Positions 40,341 to 49,332 of a stretch of 64,000 nucleotides of DNA are shown here, piece after piece. The stretch comes from an uncultured virus (IMG/VR IMGVR_UViG_3300030116_006045) (lineage: Duplodnaviria; Heunggongvirae; Uroviricota; Caudoviricetes). The stretch's first letter is position 1; each line of letters starts with the position of its first letter. The notes under the pieces were generated by a model that saw only the letters and a program-made list of their open reading frames with translations, ran no database searches and was not told the DNA's origin. Made by a program: the position numbers and the translations under genes. The stretch lies in the IMG/VR virus record IMGVR_UViG_3300030116_006045, positions 1 through 64,000 of that record. One strand, 5' to 3'.

Positions 40341-42225
40341 TCAGGAATTGCCGAACATCGCGGCGAACGCCTGAATCTTGGCGGTTTTGTCTGAATCTGG
40401 ATAGTGTCGGCATTTGCACCGATTACACCACACGCCCAGGGCGTGAGTTCGGCGATGGATGATGACCCCTCGCTTCATTCGGATATCGGCGGCTTCCGCG
40501 TTGATTGTGGATTGAATCGGACAGTTCATTGACCCACCTTCTTCAACGGCTTCAAGAGGTATCGACGGCGTTCCCTATGGGTTTTCAATGTGTAAATCCT
40601 CTCAGGAGGTTGGCAATTGCACACAGGGCGACACCAACCGCATCGATATTCATACTCTTGACCCTGAATCACGATGACGGTCATTCTTCTTCACCATCCC
40701 AGGTCATTGACCATCCTTCGCGTTCCGCTCGTTCTGCAGGAGTACTGAGGCAGTGGGTGCATCTTCCGCTCATGTCGGTTGTTATGCACTCGCATTCATC
40801 TTCAATTCCTAACTCATCAAGGGCATCATCAACAGCGTTTGAAATGTTTCCAGATATCAAAGGTCGTTCAACCGGATTATAGACGTCGTATTCGTATTGC
40901 TGGCCTCTCATGATTCTGACGAATCTCTCCGCTTCCTCAAGTTTCTCGAATGTGTAAGTGTAGGATATCATCGGGTCATCTTGATTCTCGATGAGGACGG
41001 TGAAAATCTGAGAAGTCATCTCAAAACCACTCTCCTTCACAATCTTCACAAAGCCAAGAAGCGGAACCTTCACCAGGGAAAACACCGATAGCGGGCTTAT
41101 CACAATCGGAGCAATCGCAGAGGCGGTCGCCTTCATCATTCCATCCACCTTCGCCATGAGAATAAGCAACGTCTGAGCATTTTTCGCAGACACAGTTAGG
41201 GCCGATATCTTGGAGCATATCGCAAACCTCGACACCGCACAGATAAACCGGTTTTGAACCACCGTCGCCATCTGAGACATATCCGAAAGGCTTGATATCT
41301 GGGTCGCCCTCGATTTCCACCGAGGCCAATTCTCGGACGAGTTCAACAGCGTCGAGGATTGGACTTGATGCCTCCATGTTGAGGTCGATGCAGTCACCGT
41401 CCTCATCAACAGCCATCAAAGCCCGCGCCCACTCGACGTATTCCTTGAGTCCGTAGGTCATCAGTAATCACCTCTGATACAGTGAATGCACTCATCGCCC
41501 AGGTAGTCATATTCCTCGTCGGTGCAAATCTCACCACAACCGGCACAAGGCATCACATGAGACAGGTGCGCCCTACTGTGAAGAATCGACTTCACCAAAG
41601 TAGATTGATCTGCGGCCAATTTTCGGATGAGTACGGTGGCTTCTTCTGATGCTTCCCTCGCCAATGGAACATAATGCGCCTTCGCCAATTCGTCGATATC
41701 CGGAAATGAATCCAGAACTGGCCAGACATTGTTGATGAATAGGGTATCAATTCCGAGATAGGAATCAACCCAGGGGGAAACGGTCAAACTCATCAAATCA
41801 ACACAGTCGCCCGATTCAGGCTTGATGATTTGCATCTTGAGGGTGTGGTTCGCTTTGGTCGGTTGGTTGCCCTCGATGGTTGAAAGTCGGCACTGATAGC
41901 CGAATGCAAGTTCACACTTGAGGAAATTGCCGGTTTCGTAGGATGAGGGTGCTTCCCACTTCCATCCGTTTCCGTTGATGAAGTCGAGGTATTCGTCCTC
42001 GTCCTTGTTCTCGTTGTGGATTGCTTCAATTGAATCTTGTCCGGTGATGGTTCCACATGGTCCGTCTTCACAGTCGGCCCAAATGTAGGGTTGCCCATCG
42101 CATCGGGTTGATTCGTCCTCAATCCATGCGGGTACAATCGTTCCACAGTCGGCGCATTTCACCTCCTTAATTGCCGATACGTCGTTCATTTGTCGTTCAC
42201 TTGGGTTCACGTGGTCGTCCTCCAT
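40341..42225 (-). CDS. Pre-early operon of 5 Cys-rich hypothetical genes (41461-42225, 41021-41461, 40681-41019, 40526-40684, 40341-40529)
   Basis: Coupled ORFs, each with CxxC motifs; TTGATATA box at 42250-42257, 32 nt before the first ATG. 40526-40684 and the 41019 start were translated by hand. Confidence 0.6.
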
Positions 42226-42714
42226 ATGATACCTGAGAGGGGGGTGGAGTATATCAAGAGTAGGTTTGAAAGGGGTTCAGTCGTGCGATTTGCTCAATCT
42301 GTGGTCAATTCCAGGTTATCGGCTAATCGTGGGCGGTGGCCTTGATTGGTGGGTGGGTGGTGGTGGATTGGTTGCCGATGCTGCAGATATCGAGCATGTG
42401 GCCCCACTCGGAGCATCAGAAGACGGACCCACTGCTAAGACGTCTGCGGCTTTTGGAGATCCAATAGCTAAAAACCGGTAGACGTAGCCTGAGCTGCCGT
42501 ATTTGCTAGCTAGGATCGCGCTGTGACGCGTTGACGGGTGCAGTGGTAGGTCGGGACCCAGGAGCTATTTGACGCGTCACAGACCCCCTTAAAACGCAAA
42601 ATAAGGGCATATTCTCAGGTTGGTCACGGGTAGTCGATTTGACCCCAAAATATCGGATATCCTGAAATCTGTAAAGAAAAGGGGTGTTCAAAATATCACC
42701 TCAAAAATTAACAC

Positions 42715-42824
42715 TGCAGAAATTGTGATGACTGCAGAAATTGAAGCAGGTGCAGAAATTACACCGCCCAGATATCTGCGTCAAAATCCGGTGTAGATTT
42801 GGGAGCAGGTGCAGAAAATACACC
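42715..42824 (+). repeat. Iteron-like direct repeats TGCAGAAATT with 18-bp period
   Basis: Copies at 42715, 42733 and 42751; AGCAGGTGCAGAAA(T/A)TACACC at 42745 and 42804; followed by T-tracts 42877-42920. Confidence 0.8.
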
Positions 42825-42948
42825 ACTTCCAAAACCCAAAATTGACGAAGGGATCGCCCTCGGCTACCACCCCGCGATTTTTTCAATAATTTTTTCATTT
42901 TCGATTTTTTATTTTTCTTCCTGATTTATCATGGTTCGGCCTTCAACC

Positions 42949-42958
42949 TTGATATGTC
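42949..42958 (+). promoter_or_regulatory. TTGATA-type TATA box (leaderless start at 42980)
   Basis: TTGATATGTC, 31 nt upstream of the ATG; the same motif and spacing recur at 48523, 52407, 53362 and 61106. Confidence 0.65.
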
Positions 42959-42979
42959 GCAAGGTGCAAACGACCCTTC

Positions 42980-43498
42980 ATGCCTCGCAACCGCCAGCTG
43001 AATAACATCATCCGGTCTGAACACCTACGTCCCGATGCGGTCGTTGAATCTGACGTCAAGGATCTGGCGGTTACTACAGCAAAGATCGCTAACGATGCGG
43101 TCACTAACGACAAGCTCGGCCCTCATCAGAAGAAACACCTTACTTTTACAGCTGATGTTTCATCTCAAGGAGTCGGCGTGTTCACAATGACAAGCGCGGC
43201 TGGTGCAGCTCAAACAATTCCCGACAATGCAATCATCACAGCGGTCATTTACGAAAAGTCCATTGGTCTTGGATCATCTGGTTCCCCAACCGTCAAGCTC
43301 GGTGTTACAGGAAACGATGACGCTTTTATTGGCGCAACAGCTTTCGACAACGCAGCTTTCACAGCTGACGTCACCGCACTTACTAACGAAATCCCACTCA
43401 AGCTCGATGGTGCAAAGTCCGTTATCGGTACTGTCGCAACCGCAGCACTAACTGCTGGTATTTTCTTTATTAGAGTAGAATACTACGAAGGTGCTTGA
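42980..43498 (+). CDS. Putative virion decoration/fibre protein
   Basis: AVTTAKIANDAVTNDKL fibre repeat followed by a beta-sandwich typical of capsid spike proteins. Confidence 0.55.
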   Translation: MPRNRQLNNIIRSEHLRPDAVVESDVKDLAVTTAKIANDAVTNDKLGPHQKKHLTFTADVSSQGVGVFTMTSAAGAAQTIPDNAIITAVIYEKSIGLGSSGSPTVKLGVTGNDDAFIGATAFDNAAFTADVTALTNEIPLKLDGAKSVIGTVATAALTAGIFFIRVEYYEGA

Positions 43499-43502
43499 TT
43501 AC

Positions 43503-45011
43503 TCACTCTGAGTGAACCACCGGACTGAATAGGCTACCCACGATTCCGTGATCCCTATCAACGAAGTGCGCCATCAAGCCAGCTCGTGCCAGGACATACC
43601 CCTTATGCGCGTGATACCTATCGTGTCCAGCTAAGCTTGGTAGCTGTATCATAAGCGCACCTCCAGCTTCTTTCACTTGCTGATGATGAAGATGTCCGGT
43701 GAACCAAACCTTGTGTTGGCATTGACCCCACTCGACTCTTTTCTCACCTGCCATGATTGAAGGCAATTGATCCATCTTCGCACCATCTCCATGAGTGAAC
43801 CCTATCAATGTCTGCCCATAGACCCTGTATTGACGATCTGCCGGTGAGATAAACACCTCTACGTCCTCCACAGCCTCGTAAGCCGCATTAAGATACAGCA
43901 TCAGTGTAAGAGCTGAATGTCTATCGTGATTACCAGGCATAAACACCACTTCCACAGGAGCTACCTGTCGAAGCATCTCAATGTGCTTTCGAGCCAGCTC
44001 ACAACCACTCATTAGGATCTGGGCCGGACTACCTTGCATATCTTGGGGAGTTCCTTTCGTTGTTCCCCCTTGATAGTTATCCACATGGAACCAATCTGAT
44101 CCAGTACTGATCACAATCTTTTCAGGACGACCAGGCAAACGACCTAACAACTCAGTCGTCGTGCTAACCAATCTTCGCTCGGCTTCCTCGAAACCAAAGT
44201 CCTCACCAACCTCATCCTTCCATCCGAACTTACCCCAATGAAAATCAGTAGGACTCATTACTAACGCATAAGGTCGTTTAGCACTCTCTATTTCGATTTT
44301 AGCTACTTCTGATGGGGCCATAACTAAATTACCGCGAATATCATTCAACACTGACTCATTGAAGTCACGCCATTTTTGAGCTTCCTTCTCGGTGTCTTTC
44401 CATTTTCTCTTTTCGTATCGAACGTGTAAAGCTTGACGACGCTTTAGAACCAGATCCTCGACTAACTCATCAACAGTGCTTTCTGTCATTTCCTCATCAG
44501 TAAAGGGATCCATGTCGTGTGTCCAATGATGCCTTCTTCGATACTCATCAAACCAAATACGAGGAAACTGAAAGTCCCTGGCTATTTGATTCATAGAAGC
44601 TGGCTGACCATCCCAATTAGAATATGCCTGACGCATGGCCCTGTGGGTTTCACCAGGAACAGAAATAGATTCACCTGCAGCTCGAAGGTATGTAATGTAA
44701 ATGTCGTGTTCGGCATCATAATGATATTCAGCACTTGCCCAAAGTTCTCGTACGTCAGATCCAACCTCTTCTTCGTTCATTTCCATATAGATTTGAAGAA
44801 TCTCGGCCCATCGTTCCCTACCAGATCCTTTCTTCCACCTACGAAGTGCTATGTTCCAAGCTCCAGCTGATCTTTCGGGATGCACCCTATGTATTTCTTC
44901 AGCCCATCGCTTCATCGAGCCATCAAATAAATGAACACATTCTTCTATAATTTTATCACGCGCAATAATATTAGAAGCTAATTTCTTTTTCGGCTTTGGT
45001 TCTTCGCTCAT
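43503..45011 (-). CDS. Calcineurin-like metallophosphoesterase (Mre11/SbcD superfamily) with N-terminal extension
   Basis: DxH (PTDFHWG), GSDWFHVD, PGNHD, THGD and GHLHH motifs. Confidence 0.85.
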   Translation of the reverse strand: MSEEPKPKKKLASNIIARDKIIEECVHLFDGSMKRWAEEIHRVHPERSAGAWNIALRRWKKGSGRERWAEILQIYMEMNEEEVGSDVRELWASAEYHYDAEHDIYITYLRAAGESISVPGETHRAMRQAYSNWDGQPASMNQIARDFQFPRIWFDEYRRRHHWTHDMDPFTDEEMTESTVDELVEDLVLKRRQALHVRYEKRKWKDTEKEAQKWRDFNESVLNDIRGNLVMAPSEVAKIEIESAKRPYALVMSPTDFHWGKFGWKDEVGEDFGFEEAERRLVSTTTELLGRLPGRPEKIVISTGSDWFHVDNYQGGTTKGTPQDMQGSPAQILMSGCELARKHIEMLRQVAPVEVVFMPGNHDRHSALTLMLYLNAAYEAVEDVEVFISPADRQYRVYGQTLIGFTHGDGAKMDQLPSIMAGEKRVEWGQCQHKVWFTGHLHHQQVKEAGGALMIQLPSLAGHDRYHAHKGYVLARAGLMAHFVDRDHGIVGSLFSPVVHSE

Positions 45012-45058
45012 GCCGTTCCCTAAACCGTCCCACTACCCTGCCACTTAAGAAGAATCGG

Positions 45059-46546
45059 TCAAAAGAAGCTTACGAAACGGGTATTCCTCGGTCTACCCCT
45101 TGCTTTTTCTTTACCACCTGACCATTCACCCGCCTGAATCTTACCTGTGATCACCGGAGTTTGACGAGAAGCCCCCACTGAGAATTGATCAACAGCATGA
45201 GCTAACGCCATCACACAATCGTTGTGTTTTCCTAGATCCACAATGTCTCCACCTTTCCACACATGGGTTTCAAGCTCGTCGAGTAAAATGTTCACTGCTT
45301 GGCGCGTATGATGCTCACCATAAGGAAAAACCATTTTTTCTTGCTCAAACCACACCCTCAAACGGTTCAAAAGACCCTGTTTTAGTCCTTTGTTGCTAAC
45401 TTTTGACGGTTGATAGTCGATTGTAGCCCCCATTTGGTTGATCAAAGCTTGGTAAAGCTGCTGAAAACCGACTACTTCCGCTGAAACAGTCGCATTTCCG
45501 TATATTTTAGCTAATTCTACTAATTTTTCTGCTTGACGGGCTGGTGGGAAGTCATTTCGCCTCCAAATGTTCACCAAATGCAGATTTCCGTCAGCTGCCT
45601 GTCTCATCACGACCATTACGCTGTAATCTTGCCCCAAACCATGCGAAGGGTCGAATCCAATCACATATCTCCCTTGATGATGCTTCTCGAACTCTAATCT
45701 TGACTCCATATCGAGATTTTTACGTGTGTGTTGCCTCGGATAAGCCGCTGAATCGTCATCTACCACTTTACAGAGGTATTCTTGGGTAAAAGCCAGATCG
45801 CCCATAGCTCCACGCTGTTCCATAATGAACGCCAAGCTTCTTTGTTGAGGCCAAAGAACCTGAAGCTCGACATTTGGATCTGCCCGATGTTCATCCCAAT
45901 TAGGTATAGCACTCCAAACACCGCATTTCCAAGCATCATTAGGCAACATTTCGGTATGATAGAGATCAACGGCACTCATGGGCGTACCAACACAAAACAG
46001 ATTTGTCCCAGGACTAAGCATAGGGGTCACTACCTTTCGTAACCAATCACGTACTACGTCCATAGGAGTATCACCCATATCTGTTAGAATATCATCAAGA
46101 GCGATACAAGCTGGGTGTTCACCACGCATAGCGGCCCCCATACCAGTTGCCTTTATCCAAGACCCATTCGTTAAGCGTAACTCAAACTTTCCACCACGTT
46201 TTTCATCAATATATTGCCTAAGCTCAGGGTGGCGTTTCAAATCTTCACGTATTTCTGTTAGCCTATTGCTTGCTGTATCTTTACTTGCTGAAAACAACCA
46301 GCACGTAAAGGGTTTATTTCGCCACTTACTGAACAACATATGATGCAAAAGGCACACTCTGAGCGTTGTGGACTTAGAATGGTCCCTGGGCGCAATAATA
46401 CACACCCGATGCACCTCAGCACCTTTTCTATCTGCATACAGATCTAACCATTCGTGAATGTGATCCCCAAGCTCATAACCCAACCAACGGTAAAAGTAAG
46501 CCACATCGTTTTCAGATCGCTTCATTGAGAAGCCGGTTAAACTCAT
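45059..46546 (-). CDS. terL: Terminase large subunit
   Basis: APRDHSKST Walker A variant, IALDD Walker B, VGTP coupling motif, and nuclease motifs GFDPS and HNDCVMALA. Confidence 0.92.
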   Translation of the reverse strand: MSLTGFSMKRSENDVAYFYRWLGYELGDHIHEWLDLYADRKGAEVHRVCIIAPRDHSKSTTLRVCLLHHMLFSKWRNKPFTCWLFSASKDTASNRLTEIREDLKRHPELRQYIDEKRGGKFELRLTNGSWIKATGMGAAMRGEHPACIALDDILTDMGDTPMDVVRDWLRKVVTPMLSPGTNLFCVGTPMSAVDLYHTEMLPNDAWKCGVWSAIPNWDEHRADPNVELQVLWPQQRSLAFIMEQRGAMGDLAFTQEYLCKVVDDDSAAYPRQHTRKNLDMESRLEFEKHHQGRYVIGFDPSHGLGQDYSVMVVMRQAADGNLHLVNIWRRNDFPPARQAEKLVELAKIYGNATVSAEVVGFQQLYQALINQMGATIDYQPSKVSNKGLKQGLLNRLRVWFEQEKMVFPYGEHHTRQAVNILLDELETHVWKGGDIVDLGKHNDCVMALAHAVDQFSVGASRQTPVITGKIQAGEWSGGKEKARGRPRNTRFVSFF

Positions 46547-46707
46547 CGTGGACCCTCACTCAAGAACATTTCAAGAGTTCGGATTAACAATTGTCTATCT
46601 ATGTCTCCAGATCCACGACGTAATCCAGATAAATATACTTCTAACCTGTGTTGTAGATGCCCACAGCGAACTTGAGGCAATTCAATATGTGCCACAGGTC
46701 TTTTCAT
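46543..46707 (-). CDS. 54-aa hypothetical protein (not in ORF track)
   Basis: Hand translation MKRPVAHIELPQVRCG...; ATGA overlaps on both sides. Confidence 0.55.
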   Translation of the reverse strand: MKRPVAHIELPQVRCGHLQHRLEVYLSGLRRGSGDIDRQLLIRTLEMFLSEGPR

Positions 46708-46904
46708 ATCTCATCACCCATATCTGTTTTTGTCCACCACGCTTCTGCGCCACAGTGTTCGTTACTACATATTAGCACAGTAACTAAACCATCCATGCCC
46801 ATTCGAGAACCATCAGCTTCTCCAACATACACCATGCGATGACGACAGTACCAACAGGCGAGATTGGTGCTAATCTCTGTTATTTGTATGTTGGGCGACC
46901 CCAT
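46704..46904 (-). CDS. Zinc-ribbon protein, paralogue of 10028-10189
   Basis: CWYC...GLVTVLICSNEHCGAE. Confidence 0.65.
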   Translation of the reverse strand: MGSPNIQITEISTNLACWYCRHRMVYVGEADGSRMGMDGLVTVLICSNEHCGAEAWWTKTDMGDEI

Positions 46905-47020
46905 CTGACTCTACACTCCTGACAATACGCCCTATTTCTCATGGCTTCTTGTTTGTGGCAGATGACACAGATACATGAAACATTGGGTAAAAATACCCGT
47001 GAACCACCTAACCGCGCCAT
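46880..47020 (-). CDS. 46-aa Zn-finger microprotein with a TMP-like N-terminus (not in ORF track)
   Basis: MARLGGSRVFLPNVSCICVICHKQEAMRNRAYCQECRVRWGRPTYK; GGAGG RBS and an AT-rich promoter-like element upstream. Confidence 0.65.
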   Translation of the reverse strand: MARLGGSRVFLPNVSCICVICHKQEAMRNRAYCQECRVRWGRPTYK

Positions 47021-47113
47021 CAGCCTCCAATATCCTGTTGATGGTTAAATTATTTCGGTCAAAACCAAATAGATAGCGAACATTCATCAGTCATAGCATT
47101 CGTCCGAGCTATT

Positions 47114-48526
47114 GTGGGAGTGTGGTCTGATCTTGTTGGGCGTGTGCGTCCGACCAAAAGTGCCGTGACAGCGGATATTCCTCCTACCCCAGCTGTTCTT
47201 ACACCAATTGGGACGCCTCCCACATTTGCTGCTATCGCCGGACTGACCGACATTTTAAAGGACACAAACAAGTTACGCACCGATACTAACTACGATAACG
47301 AGTTTGATGTGTTTGATGCGATGGTTCGGCTAGATCCTGAGCTAAACGGTGCTGTTCGTTCCGTGTCTCTTACAGGAAATAACTACCACATTCACTACGA
47401 TAAGGCCAAAAACACACAGATTCGAGAAGCAATTAGAGATCTCGTAGAGGATCTGGATTTTGATGACCTTCTTATCTCCGCTATGCGCGACTTGATGGTA
47501 TATGGTAACTGTATCAATAAGCTCGTCGGTCGAGCTGGAGAAGGTATAACAAAGGTTCAGTCGCTACCTGTAAAGCAAATTACCATTCTTGATGAGCGTG
47601 ACCCTTACACAGTACACAAAAGCGGTATCGCAGCTACAAAAGACGACCCTATCATGGAAGCTGTCTTCTATCGTTTCCGCGAACAGGGCATAGATGAGAT
47701 GATTTTTCCAGCTGATGAAATACTACACTTCCGTATCGACTACCGTTCTAATTGGTATCAGGATTACTTGGGACGTCAAACATACGGTGTATGGGGCGAA
47801 TCTCGTTTTACTTCGCTAAAACAGGCGATTAGAGCCAAGTATAACACAATTAACAACAGAATAGCTCTTGAGGACAGCCTTACCAAGCAATACGTCCGAA
47901 TAGGAAAGGAAGCAATAGAAGGCATTCCAGATCCTGAAGAGGCCAAAGATAGGCTAACTTACATTATGGACCAGGTAGGAACCTTACTTGAAGGACTTCG
48001 GGGAGATCAAATACCCATCTTACCTCATTACGTCGAGCTTAACCATATGGATATGAACAACGCTATCCCCGATAACAGCAATTTCCTTGATAGCATCAAC
48101 GCAGACATCAGTGCTGTGCTTAACGTACCGCGTGTGGCGGCAGGTCAAGAGAAGGGTAGCACCTTCGCAGCAACCTACAATGCTAACCTATGGAGTATCA
48201 TGTCGATTGAACGCCTACAAAGCGTGGTAGCAGAACGCATTCATGATCTATTCTCAAAGCACCTGGAGCTATTAGGCATACCTCACCGCAAGCGTGATCT
48301 CCCTGAACTTACTTTCCATCCTGTTGATCAGGAATCCCCACTACATAGAATGCAAAGAGCGCAAATCGGTATCAATTCGGGAGTGATAACTGTGAATGAA
48401 GCGCGTGATATTGTCGGCCTTAGAGACATAGCTAATGGTGATGAGCGTGAGCCTAAGCAAACAACACGCCCATCGCAAGCGTTACCTCGTCAGAATGAAC
48501 AGGATGGAGCTTCAGATGTCCGTTGA
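47114..48526 (+). CDS. Portal protein
   Basis: 470 aa; MRDLMVYGN, FPADEILHFR, YGVWGES, ISAVLNVP and GVITVNEAR..GL motifs; first gene of the head module. Confidence 0.88.
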   Translation: MGVWSDLVGRVRPTKSAVTADIPPTPAVLTPIGTPPTFAAIAGLTDILKDTNKLRTDTNYDNEFDVFDAMVRLDPELNGAVRSVSLTGNNYHIHYDKAKNTQIREAIRDLVEDLDFDDLLISAMRDLMVYGNCINKLVGRAGEGITKVQSLPVKQITILDERDPYTVHKSGIAATKDDPIMEAVFYRFREQGIDEMIFPADEILHFRIDYRSNWYQDYLGRQTYGVWGESRFTSLKQAIRAKYNTINNRIALEDSLTKQYVRIGKEAIEGIPDPEEAKDRLTYIMDQVGTLLEGLRGDQIPILPHYVELNHMDMNNAIPDNSNFLDSINADISAVLNVPRVAAGQEKGSTFAATYNANLWSIMSIERLQSVVAERIHDLFSKHLELLGIPHRKRDLPELTFHPVDQESPLHRMQRAQIGINSGVITVNEARDIVGLRDIANGDEREPKQTTRPSQALPRQNEQDGASDVR

Positions 48527-48583
48527 TAAGTCGTGTGGGTGTCAGACAAGCTGCATGACTTGTCTATGGTGGAGGTTTTGGTG

Positions 48584-48931
48584 ATGGCTGATGATAAATC
48601 GTTTAACGACCGGATGGTTTCAAGAACAGTCCTTCCCGTTATTTATCTCTGGATGCTTGCCTCCGGCGCGGTCGTGGCTATGGGTATCTATGCTCCTGAT
48701 GTGGTTCTCACTAATCTGGACGGCTTCATCGCACTAATCGCTATTATTGGCGGTGTGGCGGCTCCAGCTTTCAATACGCTACTTCGTATGTGGGAACAAG
48801 AACAATCAGCCGAAGGAGATGAAATACCTACTAACGCACAACATGAGCGTGACCGTGAATCCGCAGAACATGAACACGTAATGCACATGGAAAAAACACT
48901 TGAGAAGGTATGGGGTGAAAAGGATGAGTGA
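48584..48931 (+). CDS. 2-TM membrane protein (holin-like)
   Basis: Two TM helices and a charged C-terminus; start reset to MADDKS after a GGAGG RBS. Confidence 0.55.
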   Translation: MADDKSFNDRMVSRTVLPVIYLWMLASGAVVAMGIYAPDVVLTNLDGFIALIAIIGGVAAPAFNTLLRMWEQEQSAEGDEIPTNAQHERDRESAEHEHVMHMEKTLEKVWGEKDE

Positions 48932-49244
48932 TTCTTTTAAGCCAGTCGTGGACCCACTAACAGAAAGATTCGGTAATCCAGTTCAAGACGCACATTTTCA
49001 ATGGACCCAAGCTATTCACCGCGATCTGGTTAATCTTCGAGATAATCACTTAGCACACATAGCTCAGGATCTCAACGGCATAAAGTCCGATGTTAAAGAT
49101 TTGAGAACTGATGTGGATGAATTAAAAGATCTAAAAGATGAGGCTATGTCCATTGTCTCTAAGTTCGGGTGGAAGATTTTACTTATCGTGATTGCCGGTC
49201 TTGGGGGTTCAGCTGGACTTCCTATAATGATGGAGGGAATGTGA
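48924..49244 (+). CDS. Coiled-coil protein with C-terminal TM helix
   Basis: NHLAHI..D coiled coil plus a hydrophobic C-terminus, typical of small phage lysis-region proteins. Confidence 0.55.
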   Translation: MSDSFKPVVDPLTERFGNPVQDAHFQWTQAIHRDLVNLRDNHLAHIAQDLNGIKSDVKDLRTDVDELKDLKDEAMSIVSKFGWKILLIVIAGLGGSAGLPIMMEGM

Positions 49245-49332
49245 TGACTTCTGATGAAGATTTAGACGCTGAGTTTTGGGCTTGGTGGGACTCTTTAACA
49301 GATTATGATCGAGAAATGTTGAGGGGTGTGTA

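Noticed and set aside
41021..41040. Pre-early protein ending EGEWF* as another clamp-binding tail
   Set aside because: These codons double as the RBS region of the next gene and follow directly on a CxxC motif. Too weak to include.
40681..41409. 242-aa ORF overlapping 41021-41461
   Set aside because: The N-terminal half is a shadow frame. The plausible gene starts at ATG 41019, right after the upstream stop.
42715..42824. TGCAGAAATT repeats as a mini-CRISPR array
   Set aside because: The repeats (10 bp) and spacers (8 bp) are far too short.
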